This document shows, in pieces, positions 39,301 through 44,785 of a stretch of 64,000 nt of DNA. The notes below the pieces were generated by a model. That model worked only from the letters and a program-made list of their open reading frames with translations, was not told where the DNA came from and did not search any database. Origin of the DNA: Lysobacterales bacterium (lineage in GTDB: Bacteria > Pseudomonadota > Gammaproteobacteria > Xanthomonadales > SZUA-5). The translations under genes and the position numbers were made by a program. The stretch spans positions 64,001 to 128,000 of the forward strand of contig JALHMH010000003.1 in NCBI GenBank assembly GCA_022844165.1. The letters run 5' to 3'. Numbering within the stretch: position 1 is the stretch's first letter; every line of letters begins with the position of its first letter.

Positions 39301-40635
39301 TCCCTGAGACTGAAACTGCCAGAACACATGGTGCCGACTTCGGTGGTCTTCCTGGACCGGATTCCGGTGACAGCGAACGGTAAGTTGGATCGCACTGCTC
39401 TGCCTTCCCCGAGCCTGCGTCACGCAGACTTTATTGACACCGTATTGCCACCCAGGGACGCGATTGAGCGGGCGCTTGTCGAGATCTGGGAAGAGTTGCT
39501 GGGCGTCAGTCCGATTGGCATATCCCAGAACTTCTTTGCGTTGGGCGGACACTCGCTTCTGGCGGCCCGACTGCAGGGCGCGCTGCGCGAACGATTCGGT
39601 CTGACCGTTCCTTTCCATGCGCTCTTCCAGAATGCGACGATTTCAAACCTGTCCGAGTTCATTCGCGCTCACCACGACGGAGAGACGCGCCCCAGCAACG
39701 CCGTCCGCCCAACCGAACCGGTGAAAGATGGTCAGCAAGCTGGATTCTGGAGTCGATTGAAACAGGTTTTCAGGAGTTCACGACGGCCACCCAAAAGTTC
39801 GGATCCCGCACGGACGTTGAGTGCTGAGGAAGTCAAGCGTGTGCTCGTCTCTTTACAAGAGGGCGACCCAGGAGCAGCGACACTGGTGCTGATCCATCCG
39901 GTCGCGGGGCGCGTGTTCTGTTATGGCGAGCTGGTAGCGGCACTCGGAAAGCAATGCCGGATTTTCGGCCTGGAATCAACGCATTTGCCGAAAGAGGAAC
40001 GGTCGATCGAGACGCTTGCCGACTACTACGCCACCGTCATTGGCTCGCTTGCAGAAATGCAGCGTGAGTACCACATACTCGGGTGGTCGCTCGGGGGACT
40101 CGTCGCGTTCGATGCCGCCCGCCTCCTTTACAAAAGGGGAAATCCCCCGAAGAACGTCGTTTTGATCGATAGCTTTCCGACCGAGCTGAACCGAGCTGAC
40201 GATTCATCCGAGGAGTCGCTACTTGCGCAATATGCGGCCGACCTGGCGGCACAATACGGACAAGTCACCATCGAGTTACCCTCGCCTCCGTCGGCAACAT
40301 CGGAGGGATTCGACGTGCTCTGGCAGACGCTTATTGCCGCAGGCATTGATATCGACCGGCAAATACTCGAATCCAGTTGGCAGGAGTATCGCATTAATAG
40401 AAAGGCGTGGGCTCGTTTCAAACCAGAGAATTACGCGGGCAGAGTGCATTTGATCACCGCTACCGAAACACTCGAGACGCAAAAACGCACTCCATTGAAG
40501 ATCTGGGGTTCCCTGGCCAACGGCGGCTTTGGAATCGACGTCCTGCCTGGAAATCATTACACCCTTTTGAAATCTCCATTGGTTCATGTCGTCGCAAATC
40601 GCCTGGATCAAATTATAAGAACATCCCCGCCTTAA
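33310..40635 (+). CDS. NRPS 2: C-A(Ala)-T-C-A(Leu-like)-T-TE
   Basis: N-terminal docking helix LTPEKEKLLAKLL; C motifs HHIVADG and HHIVNDA; A codes DLFNNALTYK (classic Ala) and DAWFLGAVVK; two GGHSL T domains; TE GWSLGG...GNHY. Confidence 0.95.
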   Translation: MSETLTPEKEKLLAKLLGDHGATGKWHRIVRGTDGPEHPQSFAQRMLWFQYLLRPYSSAYNIHSATRLRGPLQVQALNLAVNAVVARHEPLRTLFDEDNGLPIQRVSASLELTVPTIDLTHFDEERKMAEAMRLIHGEAVRPFDLRRGPLLRLHLIKLSTQEHILLFNVHHIVADGWSLGVLAGEVSEIYRAKIEGQEAKLAGLPIRYADYARWQHKTLKGQTLESLLSFWKSSLQDAPPILQLPYKRSNGTTSADHGSGMSFRVEYRTTELLRKAAGRSGASLFMILFATYAVLLRRYSGQDDIVIGTPIAGRHSEEMEPLIGHFVNMLAIRVRLTGALAFADLLLDARAACLAAFEHQALPFDRLVEELAPDRNVLFPPIFQAVFSLQNAPGEPLSLADLSATRVEYELKLAKFPIALDLEESNGGLDGVFQFSTAHLDESVVRAMMSDYQRMLETIAVQVNVDVRSLSAPDRATYRRVVDEFNRTELAITYPGGLHVLFERQAELTPNSVAVEAGANKRTYADVNSGADRFAHALVGRRVNRGDVVGVLLPRSPVLIEALLGILKSGATYLPMDPAYPDERLRLLLADSGAVGVVTNAELGARLPHRDSFWKLSSEMLEEPPGPVESTRVDPEQAAYLIYTSGSTGQPKGVIIEHQNAVALLNWAWTAYGRDELSRVLASTSICFDLSVFEIFVPLSVGGCVVVVDSALDLAESHRVTLLNTVPSIMTELIRFDRLPSSVRTVNLAGEALPLSLVKDIERISPHVRLLNLYGPSEDTTYSTWHEVDPSEDVAPPIGRPIANTQAYVLDADMNPVPLGVTGEIYLGGAGVARGYLGRPELTKERFVNDPFSGQPKARLYKTGDRGRQRSDGTLEYLGRGDGQVKIRGCRIELAEVEVVAEACAPGFRVVVDFSDADSSNGRRLIGFLECGIDAAPAERDLISKLRSRLPEVMVPTEWSFVETFPRNSNGKIDRAKLRLSLPLGSIERDESEYRPPVTELQKQMVEIWERVLDRDRIGIGDNFFDLGGHSLLATQVVSRLRKTTAVELPLQTIFEFPTIETLCLNIEGNSWASTVPPPPLLPLAMDESQPKTVVQSFAQQRLWFLDQLEPGSTAYLVGIAMKMTGFLDLRVLQSCFDALVERHEALRTVFDVQNDQMVQIVLPPTSPLISIANLDALPESERDDRARQLMKEEVERPMNLQTGPLLRVNLIRLSAEHHLLQITTHHIVNDAWSIGVLVDELSVRYRAGIEGNPASLQPLAIQYTDFAAWQKEWIQFGVLEALLHYWRQRLEGAPDTVALPFDRPRHVSRGFRGARVGFAFDSATTSSLQALAKANNATLFIVLLAAFKALLFRYTGQDDMVVGSPIANRNRDELEPLIGFFVNTLVLRTDLSGDPDFRKTISRVRDVALGAYAHQDLPFEKLVEQLGPERRWGRSPLFQVMFVLQNAPAGELSLPGLKLSPVRLENTTAKFDLSLHIQQVGDRIEGECEFSSDLFETSTITRMMSHYQGLVAAVLEDPSRRLSQLKLLSSSEHDNLRQWGEGRKGEVVGTVLSWFDALVLSDAGSPALVEDGETVSYGSLHTRSLHLAQTLAARGVGDSGIVGLALSGLVDRVTAMLASWRLGAAFLPLDLSHPQARLHWMLEDAGAVMVLARGDIGWDKSRTLDLYGIQWPEGAMAVVPAVDLPAGLLAYVIYTSGSSGRPKCVEIDHSGLANLVVWHNRTFAVDKTSMASQLAGPAFDASLWEIWPYLSAGGTVSAVPAEIRVNPEALILWLSAHGMTHAFMPTPLGEACLDEPWPESTRLKTLLVGGDVLHRRPRSGLPFRLYNAYGPTEGTVVSTCDEVLSDEIGLPPIGRPIDNVRVYVLDAHGEPVPIGVAGELCIAGRGLARGYRGDEQRTAEQFVEHGEFAGGRVYRSGDRARFRADGRLEFLGRLDAQIKLRGMRIEPGEIEAELLAIEGVSEALVVADDIFTNTKRLVAYVVPAAHANPDVDNLLESLRLKLPEHMVPTSVVFLDRIPVTANGKLDRTALPSPSLRHADFIDTVLPPRDAIERALVEIWEELLGVSPIGISQNFFALGGHSLLAARLQGALRERFGLTVPFHALFQNATISNLSEFIRAHHDGETRPSNAVRPTEPVKDGQQAGFWSRLKQVFRSSRRPPKSSDPARTLSAEEVKRVLVSLQEGDPGAATLVLIHPVAGRVFCYGELVAALGKQCRIFGLESTHLPKEERSIETLADYYATVIGSLAEMQREYHILGWSLGGLVAFDAARLLYKRGNPPKNVVLIDSFPTELNRADDSSEESLLAQYAADLAAQYGQVTIELPSPPSATSEGFDVLWQTLIAAGIDIDRQILESSWQEYRINRKAWARFKPENYAGRVHLITATETLETQKRTPLKIWGSLANGGFGIDVLPGNHYTLLKSPLVHVVANRLDQIIRTSPP
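37782..39191 (+). repeat. Direct repeat copy 2 (end of C domain plus A-core of module 4)
   Basis: Near-identical to 31279-32688; about a dozen substitutions by eye, clustered near the ends. Confidence 0.95.
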
Positions 40636-40769
40636 TGACCGCGAATATCCTGGTCGACAAGTATAGAAACCTGTTCTCAAAAAACGATAAGCCGGCAAAA
40701 TCACCGGCGCAGCCACACAACCAGTCGCAGCAATTTTTCTGCCCGCGCTACAGACCTTGTGACACGTAG
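40635..40769 (+). CDS. Possible 44-aa small ORF coupled to NRPS 2
   Basis: TAATG stop/start overlap; MTANILVDKYRNLFSKNDKPAKSPAQPHNQSQQFFCPRYRPCDT. No family recognised. Confidence 0.35.
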   Translation: MTANILVDKYRNLFSKNDKPAKSPAQPHNQSQQFFCPRYRPCDT

Positions 40770-40797
40770 TTGGATCATTGAAAACCGGAGGTAGCTT

Positions 40798-41592
40798 ATG
40801 AAAGTCCGAGAAAAAGAAGTTGCCCTGCGGCCGAAAAAACCGTGGTTCTCTCACGATGGCGGGTCGTTCGAAGGCGCGGAGCCTTTCTACTTCGAAACCT
40901 CGGGTTTTCCGTGGGTGGCGCGCATCGAACAACACTGGGAGACCATCCGCGACGAACTTGTGGGTCTGGCAAATGAACACAATGACAGTCTGCAGCCCTA
41001 TGCGAACACATCGATGATCTCACGGCCGAAAAGCTGGAAGACTTTTGGGTTGATGTTCTGGTCAATCGTCACTCGGAAGAACTGCATAAAGGCGCCCAAG
41101 ACATGGGCGTTATTGAAGACGATTCCCAATATTACCGCAGCGTCCTTCAACTTGCTCGAGCCTGGTGCCACGATAAAGCCCCACAATGGGGATACTAATG
41201 CAATTATTCGTTGCCATCTCGGGTTGGTAGTTCCGGGAACTGCGCCGCAGTGTGCTTTTCGCGTAGGCAGCGAAATTAGAGGCTGGGAAGAGGGCAAGTT
41301 CCTTATGTTCTGCGACGCGCATGAGCACACGGCTTGGAATAATACCAACCAGCTGCGATATATATTAGTTGTTGATGTGATGAGACCCGAATACGCGGCT
41401 CGATCACGAGCGATTTCGGCTCGAGTGTTGGCTTCCATCAATATGCAAATTTGTTACCAGAATTTTGAGTGGCTCCGCCGCCTGTTTGGGAGTGAACGTG
41501 CCCGGAGGATGGTATTCGCGCTTTTCCGTCTTTTCCATAACATACAGCTCCTGGTATGGCTTCCTGCATCGAATAAGCTGCTCCGTTCCTAG
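40798..41592 (+). CDS. Aspartyl/asparaginyl beta-hydroxylase-family (LpxO-like) Fe(II)/2-oxoglutarate dioxygenase
   Basis: W-x-TIRDEL, WKTFGL, LEPGATIKPHNGD (HxD), RCHLGL, WEEGK...DAHEHTAWN and R-x-ILVVD motifs. GGAGG RBS. Confidence 0.9.
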   Translation: MKVREKEVALRPKKPWFSHDGGSFEGAEPFYFETSGFPWVARIEQHWETIRDELVGLANEHNDSLQPYANTSMISRPKSWKTFGLMFWSIVTRKNCIKAPKTWALLKTIPNITAASFNLLEPGATIKPHNGDTNAIIRCHLGLVVPGTAPQCAFRVGSEIRGWEEGKFLMFCDAHEHTAWNNTNQLRYILVVDVMRPEYAARSRAISARVLASINMQICYQNFEWLRRLFGSERARRMVFALFRLFHNIQLLVWLPASNKLLRS

Positions 41593-41653
41593 CGTTCTTA
41601 AGACGATCCCAAAAAATCACTGAACTTGTTTTCTGGCGAGCCAACGACTTCTA

Positions 41654-42493
41654 ATGTACAAGACGGTTCAGTACTGGAAAATGGTGGCGATCGGAAATGA
41701 GTTCGTGCTGATACACGGCGAGGATGTGCCCTGCGAGGCTGACTATGGAGAGCTTGCCAGAACCCTGTGCAACCGAAAAGGCGGAGTCGGCGCGGACGGC
41801 CTTTTGATTCTCTTTTCTCGCGTCCTGAGAATGTTTAATCCCGACGGATCGGAGGATTTCTGCGGCAACGGTCTCAGATGTGCTGCCGTACATGGCTTCT
41901 CTAACGGAAGTCTGAGGGCGGAGGATGTTATCTTGCACCAAGGCGTTCCAGTCCAGATATCAATGACTGGGGAAAGCCGGTCGAAAATTAAACTTCCACC
42001 GGCCAGTTTCGAGCCTGAGCATGTTCCGATACGTGCTCGAAGAGAGATTTTCTCGAAACCCATACTCATTGCGAACCGAGAGAGAGAAATTAGCTGTCTA
42101 AGCACAGGGTCTACCCATACTGTGCTGTTTTCTCCATGCCCTGTTCCAGACGACGAGTTCATTGAGTTGGGCACGGCACTCGAAAATCACCCGCTGTTTC
42201 CGAGGCGCACGTCAACCATGTTTGCCTGTCCGCTGGATGATCGATATATCCTGATGCGACCATTTGAGCGTGGCGTTGGTGAGACACGTGGATGCGGAAC
42301 CGGCTCTGCAGCGGTGGTAGTCGTTTGGGCAAGGAAAAGCGGATTGAGCGGGAGGTTCGCGGTTGTCAATACCGGCGGTATGGTCGAAGTGTGTCTTGAC
42401 GATTGGACCGGTTCGATTACATTGGAGTCCGAGGTTAGTATGATCGAATCAGGTCATTTCTGTATCGAAAAGGCGCCCAATGAATATCGTTGA
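41654..42493 (+). CDS. DapF-fold PLP-independent amino-acid epimerase/racemase (divergent)
   Basis: GNEFVL, GVGADG, FNPDGSEDFCGNGLRC and ERGVGETRGCGTG with both catalytic Cys. The GNPH and NV motifs are altered. Confidence 0.88.
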   Translation: MYKTVQYWKMVAIGNEFVLIHGEDVPCEADYGELARTLCNRKGGVGADGLLILFSRVLRMFNPDGSEDFCGNGLRCAAVHGFSNGSLRAEDVILHQGVPVQISMTGESRSKIKLPPASFEPEHVPIRARREIFSKPILIANREREISCLSTGSTHTVLFSPCPVPDDEFIELGTALENHPLFPRRTSTMFACPLDDRYILMRPFERGVGETRGCGTGSAAVVVVWARKSGLSGRFAVVNTGGMVEVCLDDWTGSITLESEVSMIESGHFCIEKAPNEYR

Positions 42494-43232
42494 TCCGCAG
42501 TTGCGCCTCAGCATGAGTGGCAGGAGTGGATCTTTCCGTGATCTTGGTTGCCAGACAAATCGATCTCTGGTTTTCCGAGGATTCGAATTCGAATCGGAGT
42601 TTGGCATAATAATCGGGGCCATAGCGTCCATTCGATTGATCGGCGATACTTCCCGTCTGAGGCGCTGCGGTCTTGTGAATGACGACGAAATTTCGCGGAT
42701 GCTGTTTTATCGACGTACCGACGATCAAGAGCGCTTTATACTTGGTCGGGCGCTGGCCCGAACGCTGCTGGAATCGTCGAGTGGTTTGAGCGCATCGTGT
42801 ATACGGTTTGTGCCGAGTTCGCTCGGCAAACCTCAAAGTGAGCCGTCTTGTGGGCAATTCAACATCTCACATTCAGCCGAACTCGTGATTGTGGTAGCAA
42901 GCCCGATAGTTCAATTGGGGGTTGATATCGAGTGGCGAGAGGCACGTCCACCATTTGAGATTTCTCGTTCGTTTATGCACGCTCAGGAACTACGGCAAAT
43001 GGGGGCGTGTATTGACGAAGACTCGAGACGGACGTACTTCTATAATGTATTTACGCGCAAAGAAGCTGTTCTAAAGGCGATTGGCGCTGGATTCAGCATC
43101 GATCCAAGCTCCGTATTCGTCGGAGGCAGTGGCGAGCGACTTGAGCGGTTGTTTGACTTAGCGGACCTGGTGGAGGTACGTACGTTGGCGTTGACCGGGG
43201 CATACGCCTGCCACATCGCTGCGATCCGATAG
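42480..43232 (+). CDS. Sfp-type 4'-phosphopantetheinyl transferase
   Basis: GKP, FNISHS, LGVDIE and FTRKEAVLKAIG motifs. N-terminus/start uncertain. Confidence 0.88.
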   Translation: MNIVDPQLRLSMSGRSGSFRDLGCQTNRSLVFRGFEFESEFGIIIGAIASIRLIGDTSRLRRCGLVNDDEISRMLFYRRTDDQERFILGRALARTLLESSSGLSASCIRFVPSSLGKPQSEPSCGQFNISHSAELVIVVASPIVQLGVDIEWREARPPFEISRSFMHAQELRQMGACIDEDSRRTYFYNVFTRKEAVLKAIGAGFSIDPSSVFVGGSGERLERLFDLADLVEVRTLALTGAYACHIAAIR

Positions 43233-43285
43233 GGCTCCAGGAAGAACGCCGATGTCCTGGGTACTTCTGCCGGTTCCTTTGGGCG

Positions 43286-44203
43286 ATGATTGCGACTCAC
43301 GATCGGACTGGGCCGCGCTTGACCACTGCTGAACTGCCACCGGTTTCACTCTTGCGCGCGTTTGATGCTGCCGGGCGTCACGCCAGCTTCAAGGAAGCGG
43401 CCGCGTTCCTGAACGTAACGCCTTCCACGATCAGTCATCAGATTGCCCATCTGGAGCGCTACCTGGGTGTGCAGCTGTTTGAGCGCGGTACTCCGAAGAT
43501 TCGCTTGACCACCGCCGGCGCCGAGTTGTTGGAGGACGTCTCGGCGGCCTTCAGTCGCATGCGCCAGGCAACCGGGCGCATTCGTCGGCTTGGTCAGCCG
43601 GTCACAGTCCGTATTAGCGCAAACCCGTTCCTCGCGGCCGAAGTACTTGTCCCGTCCATCGAATCCTTCGATCGATCCTTTCCAAAGCAGACGATCCATA
43701 TCTCGGCCACCGAGGAGATGCAGGATCCGCGCGACGGCGGCATCGATTTTTGTGTGCGCTTCGGCGATGGCGAATGGCCCGGTCTGGACGTCACGGCGCT
43801 CTATCCGGTCCACGCGGTGGCGGTTGCCGCGACCACGAGTTCTGCAAGTCCTTTAGCACGCATCGACTATCCCTATCGGGGCCAAAGCGTCTGGCAAACC
43901 TGGGAGCTGCGCGGCGGCCCAGCGCTGACCAGTAGCGAGTTGATCCGACATTTCAGCAACTTCGCCGCCGCGATGCGCGCCGCTGAGCAGGGGGTTGGAA
44001 TCGCGATTGCCGTTTGGCCGGTGGTGCAACCGCTGCTGCAGGCCAGGCGGCTGACGAGAGTAGGTACGGCCGCCTTGTCCCTGGGTCACTTGTACCTGTT
44101 GTCGCGCCACTTGAACCCTTCGCAAACGCAGCTGCTCGCCGCGCGCGAGTGGCTCACGAAGGTGTTGCGGCAAGCTGCACACGCGCCAGACGAGCCAGGC
44201 TGA
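43286..44203 (+). CDS. LysR-family regulator (GcvA-like)
   Basis: LPPVSLLRAFDAAGRHASFKEAAAFLNVTPSTISHQIAHLE HTH and D-x-x-VRFGDGEWPGL. Confidence 0.92.
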   Translation: MIATHDRTGPRLTTAELPPVSLLRAFDAAGRHASFKEAAAFLNVTPSTISHQIAHLERYLGVQLFERGTPKIRLTTAGAELLEDVSAAFSRMRQATGRIRRLGQPVTVRISANPFLAAEVLVPSIESFDRSFPKQTIHISATEEMQDPRDGGIDFCVRFGDGEWPGLDVTALYPVHAVAVAATTSSASPLARIDYPYRGQSVWQTWELRGGPALTSSELIRHFSNFAAAMRAAEQGVGIAIAVWPVVQPLLQARRLTRVGTAALSLGHLYLLSRHLNPSQTQLLAAREWLTKVLRQAAHAPDEPG

Positions 44204-44573
44204 TCCAGGCGGCAACCAATACAACGGCAATCAGCGCGTGCCTGGCAAGGGTTGTTGCCGAACCGCCGGCGTTCCAGACCAGATAGAAGTCGCCCAGCGG
44301 CATCACCAGCGCAAAAAGCGCCATGACACTCAGTATCCGATACTGATGAGTCAGAAGCAGATAGCCGGCAAAACTACCCATGAACAGCGCACGCAGCGCG
44401 TAAACGCTGACCCAGGCCGCATCTTGCGGGTTGGCCAGGGGCAGACCCATGTAAGCGCTGTAAGCGTGGCTGCCGAAGGCCACGCGGACGGCATTGCTCA
44501 ACTGTGACAGGGCCAACGCCAATGCCAACCAAAAGCCCAAACGGCGCCAGGACGGTAAACTGGAAGTTTTCAT
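44154..44573 (-). CDS. Small 4-TM membrane protein (DUF4267-like)
   Basis: Four hydrophobic segments, YMGLP, YALR...G, MPLGD and H near the C-terminus. ATG 44573. Confidence 0.65.
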   Translation of the reverse strand: MKTSSLPSWRRLGFWLALALALSQLSNAVRVAFGSHAYSAYMGLPLANPQDAAWVSVYALRALFMGSFAGYLLLTHQYRILSVMALFALVMPLGDFYLVWNAGGSATTLARHALIAVVLVAAWISLARLARVQLAATPS

Positions 44574-44644
44574 GCATCGCTCCCGCAGACATGCGCAGAG
44601 TCTGCCGCGACCCGAATGCAGGCACAAAGGGATAATTTGCGTGC

Positions 44645-44667
44645 GCAGATGAATCAGATGCATCTGC
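44645..44667. promoter_or_regulatory. Putative LysR recognition site
   Basis: GCAGATG-N9-CATCTGC dyad containing T-N11-A, about 70-95 bp upstream of the membrane-protein start. Confidence 0.55.
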
Positions 44668-44785
44668 CCCGATTTGCTCGTGAAGGACCGCAACCGCAAC
44701 GGATCCGCGGTCAGGTTGTGCCAGGCCAACTCGGGCTAGACGACCGCTCGTCTGCTTTTGAGGCCGCACGATGGTCGCTTACCTT

